From NCBI GenBank assembly GCA_024638805.1, contig JAHEJO010000002.1:1-61182 (forward strand): a stretch of DNA of 61,182 bases, in the 5' to 3' direction. The DNA comes from Acidimicrobiales bacterium. Lineage in GTDB: Bacteria > Actinomycetota > Acidimicrobiia > Acidimicrobiales > SZUA-35. Every line of letters starts with the position of its first letter. Positions within the stretch are counted from its first letter, which is position 1. The notes under the pieces were generated by a model. That model made no database searches. It saw only the letters and a list, made by a program, of their open reading frames with translations, and was not told the DNA's origin. Below, piece after piece: positions 8,507 to 17,242 of the stretch. A program made the position numbers and the translations under genes.

Positions 8507-8927
8507 GCGCCTGCCCATGATCCGGATCGAGATCCCGTCGACGTTCGAACTCGTCAACGTCGTGCGGATGACGATCCTCAACGCGGTGGAGTCCAGCGGC
8601 ACCCTGACCGGAACCCGTTTGGACGACCTGCGGCTGGCGACGTCCGAAGCCGTCACCAATGCCATCCAAGCGAACCTGGCGAACGACCCGGGCCAACGCG
8701 TCGAGATCCGGTGCGAGCTGGAACCGGGTCTGGTCAAGCTCCAGATCACCGATTTCGGTGTCGGCATCCTGAGCCCCGAGAAGCTGCTCCCGCCGCTCTC
8801 GGACCCATCGCGATTGCACACCGAAGGGGGCTTCGGGCTGCCGTTGATACGTTCGCTGAGCAGAGACGGTGTCGAGTTCACGGACAACTCGCCCGGCACG
8901 ACGGTCACGATCTGGATGTCCCAATAA
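8499..8927 (+). CDS. RsbW/SpoIIAB-like anti-sigma factor serine kinase (HATPase_c)
   Basis: 142 aa with Bergerat-fold motifs: N box SEAVTNAI, G1 DFGVG, G2 GGFGLPLIRS. GTG 8499 overlaps the photolyase-like stop by 8 nt (alt ATG 8517). Confidence 0.75.
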   Translation: MSERLPMIRIEIPSTFELVNVVRMTILNAVESSGTLTGTRLDDLRLATSEAVTNAIQANLANDPGQRVEIRCELEPGLVKLQITDFGVGILSPEKLLPPLSDPSRLHTEGGFGLPLIRSLSRDGVEFTDNSPGTTVTIWMSQ

Positions 8928-9044
8928 AAGAATCGCCCTAACGCTCCGATCGGGCTTGCCACTAGTCTGTGTCAGGCCCGTCCGGTGTACGGCGTTGACC
9001 GGGTGAGCTCCTGAAGTCCCTGATTTGTCGCCAGCGAGTGATCG

Positions 9045-10448
9045 ATGTCAGCACACCACAGTCTTCCGATTCGAGATGAGGCCTTCACCGGCAGCGATCA
9101 CGTCATCGCCCGTGGCGTCGTTCGCCCTGTGGCCACTTTCCTTCGACGGGAGACCGCAGCGGGCGTCCTGCTGATCCTGTCGACAGCCGTCGCATTGATC
9201 TGGGCCAATGTGGACATCGAGAGCTACCACCACTTGTGGGAGACCGAGATCGCACTGAAGATCGGCGATTTCGAGCTGACCGAACCGCTCGAAGCCTGGG
9301 TCAACGACGCATTGATGGCGCTGTTCTTCTTCGTGGTCGGTATGGAGATCAAATCCGAACTCGTGCTCGGGGACCTTCGCAACCCTCGAATCGCGGCTCT
9401 ACCTGCGATCGGCGCGCTCGGTGGGATGATCGTGCCGGCCGCCCTCTACTTCGCGCTCAACACCAGCAGTCCGGAGTCGACCGGTTGGGGAATCCCGATG
9501 GCGACCGACATCGCATTCGCCGTCGGCGTCCTGGCCCTGGTCGGGAACCACGTACCCAAACAGCTGTCCCTGTTCCTGCTCACGCTGGCGATCGTCGACG
9601 ACATCGGAGCGATCGCCGTCATTGCGATCTTCTACACCTCGAACCTTCACCTCGACTGGTTGGCCTGGGCGGTAGCCGGACTCCTACTCGTCTTCACACT
9701 GCAGAGGATGCGGGTGTGGTTCGTCCCGGTGTACTCGGTGATCGGCATGTTCGTCTGGTTCGCCACGTTCGAGTCCGGCGTCCACGCCACGATCGCCGGC
9801 GTGGCTCTCGGACTGCTCACGCCCGCCCGCCCGCTGTTGTCGAGCGAAGAGAAATTGGAGTTCGACGCCGCCGACTTCACCAGCTCGGCCAAGGCCCGGG
9901 ACGCTCGCTTCCAGGTGAGGGAGCGGGTTGGGGTGACGTCCCGTCTCATCACCGTCCTCAGTCCGTTCACCAGCTACATCGTCATTCCGATCTTCGCCTT
10001 GGCAAACGCCGGGATTCTGCTCAGCGGCGATGTCGTCAACGATGCCCTTTCCAGTTCGGTCACACTCGGAATCGTGATGGGTCTGGTCATCGGCAAGCCG
10101 CTCGGGATCTATGCATTCGCGCTCGTCGGGATCCGTTCGGGAATCGCAACCCTGCCACCCGCTCTCAAGAAGACGCACATCCTGGGCGCGGGTGCGGTGG
10201 CCGGTATCGGATTCACCGTCGCGCTGTTCATCAACGGGTTGGCCTTCACCGGGCCCGAGCTCGAAGGAATCAAGGACCAGGCAACGATCGGCATCCTCGC
10301 CGCCAGCCTGCTGGCCACGATTGTAGGTTTCGTGATCCTGAGATTGACCGGGGCCGCTCACGAGGGGACACCCGAGGGTGATCTGATCGCCACGATGGTC
10401 GACGCCGACGCCGATGGCACCCCCGATCTCGAGGTGATCAAGCGCTGA
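9045..10448 (+). CDS. nhaA: Na+/H+ antiporter NhaA
   Basis: 467 aa polytopic membrane protein. Has [19 protein letters not shown] (NhaA DD motif) and typical NhaA N-terminal segments. Confidence 0.9.
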   Translation: MSAHHSLPIRDEAFTGSDHVIARGVVRPVATFLRRETAAGVLLILSTAVALIWANVDIESYHHLWETEIALKIGDFELTEPLEAWVNDALMALFFFVVGMEIKSELVLGDLRNPRIAALPAIGALGGMIVPAALYFALNTSSPESTGWGIPMATDIAFAVGVLALVGNHVPKQLSLFLLTLAIVDDIGAIAVIAIFYTSNLHLDWLAWAVAGLLLVFTLQRMRVWFVPVYSVIGMFVWFATFESGVHATIAGVALGLLTPARPLLSSEEKLEFDAADFTSSAKARDARFQVRERVGVTSRLITVLSPFTSYIVIPIFALANAGILLSGDVVNDALSSSVTLGIVMGLVIGKPLGIYAFALVGIRSGIATLPPALKKTHILGAGAVAGIGFTVALFINGLAFTGPELEGIKDQATIGILAASLLATIVGFVILRLTGAAHEGTPEGDLIATMVDADADGTPDLEVIKR

Positions 10449-10521
10449 GATTCCTGCCCTGCCGGGTTCTTGCTCGGTGGCGGCAGCGTTTTGGTGTCGG
10501 CGCTCTCTAGAGTCTGGTCTC

Positions 10522-13293
10522 GTGACCCACTCCCTCGTCATCGTCGAATCTCCCGCCAAAGCCAAGAAGATCGGGGAGTATTTGGGTTCGGCCTACGTCG
10601 TGGAGTCCTCGATCGGGCACGTCCGGGACCTGCCCCGGAACGCCGGAGACGTGCCGGCCGCCTATAGGGGCGAGAAGTGGGCTCGGATGGGTGTCGACGT
10701 CGACAACGACTTCAAGGCGCTGTACGTCACCAATCCCGACAAGAAAGGCCACGTGCGGCATCTGAAGTCGCTCCTGAAGGAAGCGGACGAACTGGTTCTG
10801 GCCACCGATAAGGACCGCGAGGGTGAGGCGATCGCATGGCATCTCCTCGAGATCCTGAACCCCAAGGTCCCGGTGAAGCGGATCGTTTTCAACGAGGTGA
10901 CCAAGGAGGCGATCCAGCGTGCGCTGGACCAGCCGGGTGAGCTGAACCTCAAGGTCGTCGAGGCGCAGGAGGCCCGTCGTCTTCTCGACCGGCTCTACGG
11001 CTATGAGGTGTCGCCGGTTCTGTGGCGAAAGGTGCAGCAGGGTCTCTCGGCCGGGCGGGTCCAGTCCGTGGCCACGCGGATAGTGGTCGAACGCGAACGC
11101 GAGCGCATGGCGTTCGTCTCGGCCAACTACTGGGATCTCATCGCCACGTTCACCGCGGCCAAGAGCGATCGACCTTTCACGGCCAAGATCTTTGCGCTCG
11201 ATGACGCCCGGGTTGCCGGCGGCAAGGATTTCGATTCCACCGGCCAACTCAAGGCGGCCAGGACCGGGCTGGTCCACCTCGATCAGGCTGCGGCGACAAC
11301 GCTGGCGTCGAGCGTCGAGGGTCGGACGGCGATCGTGGAGAGCCGCGAGGCCAAGCCCTACCGCCGCCGCCCTGCGCCGCCGTTCATCACCTCCACCTAT
11401 CAACAGGAGGCTGGACGCAAGCTACGGTTGTCGTCGGCCAACGCCATGCGGGTGGCCCAGGGTCTGTACGAGCGTGGCTACATCACCTACATGCGAACCG
11501 ACAGCACAACGTTGTCGGAGCAGGCGCTGAACGCGTCCCGGAGCCAGATCTCGCATCGCTACGGCGCCGAGTTCGTTCCCGACCTGCCCCGGGTCTACAA
11601 GGGGAAGTCGAAGAACGCTCAGGAGGCCCACGAAGCGATCCGACCGGCCGGGGATCGGTTCCACACCCCCGAGGAGGTTGCCGGTGAGTTGAGCACCCAG
11701 GACCTACGGGTCTATGAGCTGATCTGGCAGCGCACCGTTGCCTCCCAGATGACCGATGCAACGGGCGAAACGGTGACGATCCGGCTCGGCGTCGACACCA
11801 CCGAAGGCAGGCACGCAACGTTCTCGACGAGCGGCACGACGATCCGCCACCAGGGTTTTTTGAAGGTGTATCACGAAGATGTCGACGAGGACGACCAGAG
11901 CGACGACGTCGAGGAGCAGGAGTTGCCTCCGCTGAACGAGGGCGAGTCGGCGACGGTGCGTTCCGCCGAAGCGGAAGGCCACGACACCCAACCACCGGCC
12001 CGCTACACCGAAGCGTCACTCGTCAAGAAACTCGAAGAGCTCGAAGTCGGCAGACCCTCGACCTACGCCAGCATCATGCGCACGATCCAAGACCGCGAAT
12101 ACGTCTGGAAACGAGGTTCGGCCCTGGTCCCCAGTTTCAAAGCGTTCGCCGTCGTGACCCTCCTCGAGGAACATTTTCCGGATCTTGTCGACTACGCCTT
12201 CACCGCCGAGATGGAGAACGATCTCGACGAGATCGCGCTCGGCGGCGAGGAACGGGTGCCCTGGCTCACGCGGTTCTACTTCGGAGCTGACGACGACCCC
12301 GGGTTGAAGGCGAAGGTGAGCGATCGGCTCGACCGGATCGATGCCCGGGCGGTCAATTCCATCCCGATCGGCGTCGACCCCGAAGGCCAGGCGATCGTCG
12401 CCCGCGTCGGTCGCTACGGACCGTACTTGGAGCGGGGCGAGGCCCGTGCGTCGATCCCCAACGACATCCTGCCCGATGAACTCACCGTCGAACGAGCGCT
12501 CGAACTCATCAACGCCCCACAGGGCGACCGGGAGTTGGGGACACATCCCCAGACCGGTCAGCCGATCTTCGTCAAGAACGGGCGCTTCGGCCCGTATGTG
12601 CAACTGGGAGAGCGCGACGAGGAGGCCGGTATCAAGCCCAAGATGGAGTCGCTGTTCAAGACCATGGACCCCGACACCGTGACCCTCGAGCAGGCCCTCG
12701 AGCTTCTCAGCCTCCCGAGGGTCGTCGGCGTGGACGAACTCGGGCAGGAGATCCTGGCCCGCAATGGTCGCTACGGCCCCTACATCGGTCGCACCGTGAT
12801 CGACGGCGACAAAGAAAAGGCCGACAGTCGCAGTCTCGAGACCGAGAAACAGCTGTTCACGATCAGCGAGCCGGAGGCCCGGGCACTGTTCGCGCAACCG
12901 AAACGACGTCGCGGGCAGCAGGCGGCCAAGCCTGGCGTGCCCGTGGGCATCGACCCCGCGACCGACAAACCGATGGAGCTGAAGGAGGGCCGATTCGGTC
13001 CCTATGTCACCGATGGCGCAACGAACGCCAGCCTCCGCAAAGGTGATGATCCCGAGACGATCACGATCGAACGGGCATCGGAGTTGCTCGCCGACCGTCG
13101 AGCGGCCGGTCCGGCCAAGAAACGAAAGAAGGCGGCGAAGAAGAAGAAAACCGCCACCAAGAAGGTAAACGCTCAGAAATCGCCGGCCAAGAAGTCGGCG
13201 AGCAAGAAGTCGCCGAAGAAAGCGGCGGCGAAGAAGGCTGCGAAGCGCCGAGTCGACGATGCGCCGGTCGCCCCGGCTGAGGATCCGTTCTAG
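10522..13293 (+). CDS. topA: DNA topoisomerase I
   Basis: GTG 10522 gives VTHSLVIVESPAKAKKI (Toprim). Active-site region YITYMRTDS. Four C-terminal GR(F/Y)GPY repeats and a Lys-rich tail, as in actinobacterial TopA. Confidence 0.95.
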   Translation: MTHSLVIVESPAKAKKIGEYLGSAYVVESSIGHVRDLPRNAGDVPAAYRGEKWARMGVDVDNDFKALYVTNPDKKGHVRHLKSLLKEADELVLATDKDREGEAIAWHLLEILNPKVPVKRIVFNEVTKEAIQRALDQPGELNLKVVEAQEARRLLDRLYGYEVSPVLWRKVQQGLSAGRVQSVATRIVVERERERMAFVSANYWDLIATFTAAKSDRPFTAKIFALDDARVAGGKDFDSTGQLKAARTGLVHLDQAAATTLASSVEGRTAIVESREAKPYRRRPAPPFITSTYQQEAGRKLRLSSANAMRVAQGLYERGYITYMRTDSTTLSEQALNASRSQISHRYGAEFVPDLPRVYKGKSKNAQEAHEAIRPAGDRFHTPEEVAGELSTQDLRVYELIWQRTVASQMTDATGETVTIRLGVDTTEGRHATFSTSGTTIRHQGFLKVYHEDVDEDDQSDDVEEQELPPLNEGESATVRSAEAEGHDTQPPARYTEASLVKKLEELEVGRPSTYASIMRTIQDREYVWKRGSALVPSFKAFAVVTLLEEHFPDLVDYAFTAEMENDLDEIALGGEERVPWLTRFYFGADDDPGLKAKVSDRLDRIDARAVNSIPIGVDPEGQAIVARVGRYGPYLERGEARASIPNDILPDELTVERALELINAPQGDRELGTHPQTGQPIFVKNGRFGPYVQLGERDEEAGIKPKMESLFKTMDPDTVTLEQALELLSLPRVVGVDELGQEILARNGRYGPYIGRTVIDGDKEKADSRSLETEKQLFTISEPEARALFAQPKRRRGQQAAKPGVPVGIDPATDKPMELKEGRFGPYVTDGATNASLRKGDDPETITIERASELLADRRAAGPAKKRKKAAKKKKTATKKVNAQKSPAKKSASKKSPKKAAAKKAAKRRVDDAPVAPAEDPF

Positions 13294-13902
13294 TTGGCCC
13301 TCTACATCGCGCTCGAAGGAGGAGAGGGGTCGGGCAAGAGTTCCCAGGCCCGGCGGCTCGCCCGGCGGCTCGACGCCGTCCTCACCCGCGAACCCGGCGG
13401 CACGACCCTGGGCTCGGAATTGCGTAAACTACTGCTCGCTCCCGACATGCCGGCGGTCAGCCCGAGAGCCGAAGCGTTGCTCATGGCCGCTGACCGGGCC
13501 GAACACATGGCATTGGTCATCGAACCGGCCCTCGCCGACCGACGCCATGTCGTGTCGGATCGGTCGGTGTACTCCTCGCTCGCCTATCAGGGTGGCGCCA
13601 GGGGGCTCGGCATCGAACAGATCCGACGACTCAACGACTTCGCTGTCGGCGGTGTTCTGCCCGACGTGGTCGTTCTGCTCGAGCTAGCGCCGGAAGTGGC
13701 GGCGTCGCGTCTGAGCGGCATCCCCGACAAGCTCGAGGCGGCGGGCACACGCTTCCACGACACGGTTCTGACGACATACCGCCAACTCGCGGCACGGGAA
13801 CCGGATCGGTTCCTGATCGTTGCCGCGGATGGGGGTTATGCCAAGGTCGAGGCTGCCATATGGGCTCGGATCGAACCGCTGGTCGAGGCCGACTCGCAAT
13901 GA
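13294..13902 (+). CDS. tmk: dTMP (thymidylate) kinase
   Basis: P-loop LEGGEGSGKSSQ; DRSVYSSLAYQG; located after topA. TTG start directly follows the topA stop. Confidence 0.9.
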   Translation: MALYIALEGGEGSGKSSQARRLARRLDAVLTREPGGTTLGSELRKLLLAPDMPAVSPRAEALLMAADRAEHMALVIEPALADRRHVVSDRSVYSSLAYQGGARGLGIEQIRRLNDFAVGGVLPDVVVLLELAPEVAASRLSGIPDKLEAAGTRFHDTVLTTYRQLAAREPDRFLIVAADGGYAKVEAAIWARIEPLVEADSQ

Positions 13903-14948
13903 TGGGCGCGGAGTTGGATTTGTACGCCGCCGTCGTGGGTCAGGAGGAGCCCGTAGCGCGGTTGCGAACCGCTGCGGAGTCCCCTGTGCACGCCTACCTT
14001 CTCGTCGGGAATCCCGGATCGGGATCGCGTGCGGCCGCGCACGCGTTCGCCGGCGAACTTCTTGCCCATGGTCTCCCCGACGCCGCCGCCGATCGAGCTC
14101 GGCAGCTGGCGATCGCCGGCACCCATCCCGATCTCCTGATCGTCGAAGCCGAAGGGGCGGCACTGCGGGTCGGCGAAGCCGAGTTCATCATCAATGTCGC
14201 GTCGACGACGCCGGTCGAGGGTGCTCGCAAGGTGATCCTGATCCACCGGATCGACGTCATCGAGGAGGAGGCGGTCGGCAAGCTCCTCAAGATCGTGGAG
14301 GAACCCCCACCCAGCACGTTCTTCGTGGCGTTGGCCGGCGAGCTGACGCCGGAGTTGTCCACGATCGCCAGCCGTTGTGTGACCGTCGAGTTCGGGCCGC
14401 TGTCAGCCAATGCGATTGAGCGTCAACTGCTCGCCGAAGGAGTTCCCGCCGACAAGGCGACGATGGCGGCGAGCGCCGCCGGTGGCGATCTCGATCGGGC
14501 CCGACTCCTCGCCGACGATCCCGCCATCGCCAGTCGCGCCGAGCTCTGGCAGCGGATTCCCGATCGCCTCGACCGAACCGGTCACACCGCATGGGACCTC
14601 GCCCGCCAGATCCGCGATGCGATGGACGAGGCCGCCGAGCCTCTCGTCGCCCGCCATGTTCAGGAGCTGGTCGAACTGGATCTGCACGCCGAGCAGCGCG
14701 GCGAGCGGGGTCTGGGTCGAGCCCGGGTCATCGCCCGTCACAAACGCGAGCTCCGAAAACTCAGGACCGACGAGATCCGGTTCGGACTGGCAACCCTCAG
14801 CCGGGTCTACCGGGATCGACTGCTGAAAGGACCCGACCCGGTGGCGGTGAAAGCGATGCAGAGAACCCAGTCTGCGGCCGAAGAAATGGTCCGGAACCCC
14901 AACGAGTCGTTGTTCCTTCAGTCTCTGCTCCTCGACCTCGGCGGGTGA
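13899..14948 (+). CDS. holB: DNA polymerase III subunit delta-prime
   Basis: ATG 13899 overlaps the tmk stop (ATGA). VVGQEEPV...HAYLLVGNPGSGSR is the clamp-loader AAA+ N-terminus. tmk-holB synteny. Confidence 0.85.
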   Translation: MMGAELDLYAAVVGQEEPVARLRTAAESPVHAYLLVGNPGSGSRAAAHAFAGELLAHGLPDAAADRARQLAIAGTHPDLLIVEAEGAALRVGEAEFIINVASTTPVEGARKVILIHRIDVIEEEAVGKLLKIVEEPPPSTFFVALAGELTPELSTIASRCVTVEFGPLSANAIERQLLAEGVPADKATMAASAAGGDLDRARLLADDPAIASRAELWQRIPDRLDRTGHTAWDLARQIRDAMDEAAEPLVARHVQELVELDLHAEQRGERGLGRARVIARHKRELRKLRTDEIRFGLATLSRVYRDRLLKGPDPVAVKAMQRTQSAAEEMVRNPNESLFLQSLLLDLGG

Positions 14949-14981
14949 ACGCCGACGAGGATTGCTAGCCTCCAGTGTTCG

Positions 14982-15054
14982 GCCCGAATAGCTCAGTTGG
15001 TAGAGCGACGCTCTCGTAAAGCGTAGGTCACGAGTTCAATTCTCGTTTCGGGCT
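14982..15054 (+). tRNA. tRNA-Thr (anticodon CGT)
   Basis: 73-nt cloverleaf folded by hand. Acceptor GCCCGAA/TTCGGGC, D arm GCTC/GAGC, anticodon stem ACGCT/AGCGT with loop CTCGTAA, T arm ACGAG-TTCAATT-CTCGT. CCA is not encoded. Confidence 0.9.
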
Positions 15055-15061
15055 CCCTCGC

Positions 15062-15307
15062 CTACCCCGCGTTTTCGATGGCAGCCCGAATGCGCTCGGC
15101 CAGGGACGCCGGCACCTCGGTCCGGAGCCGGTCGGCGATCACGTGCCGCAGCTCGGCCTCGAAATCGAAGGCATGACCACATGGTGGGCATTCGTCGAGG
15201 TGGGCCTGGATGCGTAGTCGGCTTTCGTCGGTGATCTCCCGGTCGAGAAAAGTATGGAGCTCATGAACGGTCCTGGAGCAGTCCGGCTTGTGTTGGTAAT
15301 CGGTCAT
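15062..15307 (-). CDS. rsrA: Zinc-associated anti-sigma factor (RsrA/RshA type)
   Basis: 81 aa with the ZAS motif HLDECPPCGH (HxxxCxxC) plus an upstream Cys (KPDCSRT). ATG overlaps the sigH stop (ATGA on the minus strand). Confidence 0.85.
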   Translation of the reverse strand: MTDYQHKPDCSRTVHELHTFLDREITDESRLRIQAHLDECPPCGHAFDFEAELRHVIADRLRTEVPASLAERIRAAIENAG

Positions 15308-15879
15308 GGTCGTGTGGCGGTCGTTCCGTTGCCCAGCAGTCCTCGGTCGACAGCTACGTCGTACAACGCCTTCTGCAGTGCGTTTCTTCCACGGTGGAGA
15401 CGACTCATGACCGTGCCGATCGGTACGTCGAGGATCTCGGCGATCTCCTTGTAGGCGAATCCTTCGACGTCGGCCAGAAGAACCGGTAGTCGATAGTGTT
15501 CGGGCAGTCCGGCGACCGCCTCGGACACCGCCGGCTCGGTCAGGCGATCCATCAGGTCGTCTTCGGCGCTCTGGCTGATGCCTTCGTCGCCCACCCGTCG
15601 GTACAAGTAGAGGTTGTCGACGTCGTCGAGTTCGGCTTCCTGAGGGCGGCGGCTGGCGCTTCGATATCGATTGATGTGGGTGTTGGTGAGAATCCGGAAG
15701 AGCCACGCCCGGAGGTTGGTGCCCTCCTGGAACGAGTCGTAGGCACGGTACGCCTTCAGGTAGGTCTCCTGAACCAGATCCTCGGCGTCGGAGCGGTTGT
15801 TGGTCAGGCGCACCGCAGTGCCGAACAGCGGTCCGACGAACGGTTGGGTGTCCTCGACGAAGGATGCCTGGTCGGCCAC
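15304..15879 (-). CDS. sigH: ECF sigma factor SigH/SigR
   Basis: Region 2 DAEDLVQETYLKAYRAYDSF...NLRAWLFRILTN. Region 4 YKEIAEILDVPIGTVMSRLHRGR. Start chosen at GTG 15879 because codons between 15879 and ATG 15969/15999 have visibly lower GC3. The start remains uncertain. Confidence 0.85.
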   Translation of the reverse strand: MADQASFVEDTQPFVGPLFGTAVRLTNNRSDAEDLVQETYLKAYRAYDSFQEGTNLRAWLFRILTNTHINRYRSASRRPQEAELDDVDNLYLYRRVGDEGISQSAEDDLMDRLTEPAVSEAVAGLPEHYRLPVLLADVEGFAYKEIAEILDVPIGTVMSRLHRGRNALQKALYDVAVDRGLLGNGTTATRP

Positions 15880-15997
15880 ACACTCAGGATAGGACCCCCG
15901 CCGGGTCGGTGGAGACCCACACGGGCCGACCCGATCCGGAGCCGTTCTGTGCAACTCGGCTCCTGCCATGGCCCCACTACCGGGTAGGATGGCGGGC

Positions 15998-16126
15998 ATG
16001 TTGTCGGTTATTTGGCACTACTGGGTAGGGCTTCTTCTCGCGGTGGGCTCGATCGCGGCGATCCTGGGACTCGTCTTCGGCTACATCGTCAAGGTCAAGC
16101 GGATCCAGTACCCAAGGGAGAACTGA
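15998..16126 (+). CDS. Candidate 42-aa single-pass membrane micro-protein (not in ORF track)
   Basis: ATG 15998 to TGA 16124-16126 gives MLSVIWHYWVGLLLAVGSIAAILGLVFGYIVKVKRIQYPREN. About 35 of 42 third positions are G/C. One TM helix plus a basic tail. The stop abuts the GTG of the next gene (TGAGTG), and that gene's AAGGGAG SD lies inside this ORF. Confidence 0.45.
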   Translation: MLSVIWHYWVGLLLAVGSIAAILGLVFGYIVKVKRIQYPREN

Positions 16127-17242
16127 GTGGCGGCAACGGTCGACTGGGCGACCGCGCGGTCGGTCGCCGCCCGAGTCGTGAAGGACGACGGTTTTGCGTC
16201 CACCTACCGCGCCGAGGCATTGCGGGCGGACATGGCCGAACTCACCCCGCAGGCCGAACGGCTGGTCGAACAGGAGACTGGCTTGGTCAGTCTGAACGGC
16301 TCGGCGAGAGCCAAGGTCGTCGATCGGGCGGAATGGGTCGATGCGAATCTCGCCAGCTTCGATCGGCTGATGCGACCCCTGCTGGCCAAGCTCGACAAAT
16401 CCAAGCTCGACCGCCCGGATGCCGAGCCCTCCGCGGTCGGTCAGCTGCTGAGTCCGCTCGGCAAGGTCGTCGCCGGTGCTGCCGGGCGGGTCGGTCCCAA
16501 GATGACCGGCGGAGAGCTGGGTGTTCTCCTGGGATGGATGAGCGGTCGGGTGATCGGGCAGTACGACCTCCTCGTCATAGAGGACGAGCGTCCCGAGGAC
16601 CAGGACTGGGTCTACTACGTTGGACCCAACATGCTCTCACTCGAGGAGCGGTACGGATTCCCCCCCGAGGAGTTCCGTCTCTGGGTCGCCATCCACGAGT
16701 GCACGCACCGGGCGCAGTTCACCGCGGTCCCCTGGCTGCGACCCCACTTCCTCGGGATGGTCAACGAACTGGTCGACGCGGTGGACCCCGATCCGAAACA
16801 CCTGATCGAAACCGTTAAACGGCTCGCCGAGCAGAAACGCAACGGCGGGCAGCTCGCCGACGGCGGCGGGCTGTCGACGCTGTTCGCCACCGACGAGCAG
16901 AAGGAGATCATGGGTCGGATGACCGGACTGATGAGCCTTCTCGAGGGACATGGCGACGTGGTGATGGATCGGGCCGGGCAGAACCTCATCCCCTCACAAC
17001 CTCGCTTCCATCGCGTCTTCGCCAACCGCCGCAAACGGGCCTCGGGCCCCGCCAAGGTGATCCAGCGGCTTCTGGGGCTGGAAGCGAAGATGGCCCAGTA
17101 CGCAGAGGGTGAAAAGTTCGTCGAATCCGTCGAGAACGCCGGCGGGCAGGAGTTGTTCAACAGGGTCTGGGAAGACCCTGCTCACCTGCCCGATGCTCCT
17201 GAGATCAAGGATCCGTCGTTGTGGATTCAACGGATGGCCTGA
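16127..17242 (+). CDS. Zinc-dependent metalloprotease, DUF2342 family (Rv3626c-like)
   Basis: 371 aa with HECTHRAQF (HExxH). Lies upstream of tilS, as in mycobacteria. Confidence 0.85.
   Translation: MAATVDWATARSVAARVVKDDGFASTYRAEALRADMAELTPQAERLVEQETGLVSLNGSARAKVVDRAEWVDANLASFDRLMRPLLAKLDKSKLDRPDAEPSAVGQLLSPLGKVVAGAAGRVGPKMTGGELGVLLGWMSGRVIGQYDLLVIEDERPEDQDWVYYVGPNMLSLEERYGFPPEEFRLWVAIHECTHRAQFTAVPWLRPHFLGMVNELVDAVDPDPKHLIETVKRLAEQKRNGGQLADGGGLSTLFATDEQKEIMGRMTGLMSLLEGHGDVVMDRAGQNLIPSQPRFHRVFANRRKRASGPAKVIQRLLGLEAKMAQYAEGEKFVESVENAGGQELFNRVWEDPAHLPDAPEIKDPSLWIQRMA

Noticed and set aside
12488-12503. Near-SOS boxes with one mismatch inside coding regions (topA 12488-12503; also 13871-13886, 24559-24574, 26543-26558)
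   Set aside because: Each has a mismatch in the conserved GTTCGA half and lies deep within an ORF. TCGA-rich hexamers are common by chance at this GC content.
13120-13260. Repetitive AAGAAG-rich DNA at the 3' end of topA, considered as a tandem repeat
   Set aside because: It encodes the Lys/Ala-rich basic tail typical of actinobacterial topoisomerase I. It is not an independent repeat element.
15880-15997. Search for an autoregulatory SigH/SigR promoter (GGAAT-N18-GTT) upstream of sigH
   Set aside because: I saw no convincing match on the minus strand in this interval, so no promoter is called.
16001-16026. TTGTCGGTT...TACTGG, resembling the RecA-NDp/PafBC promoter motif (tTGTCRgtg-N8-TAnnnT)
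   Set aside because: It mismatches in the gtg part, the spacing and the final T of the -10. It lies inside the micro-ORF, and the downstream genes are not damage-related.
16012-16818. 268-aa ORF overlapping the DUF2342 protease in another frame
   Set aside because: It is extremely Arg/Gly-rich with no motifs. The 16127 frame carries the HExxH protease signature.
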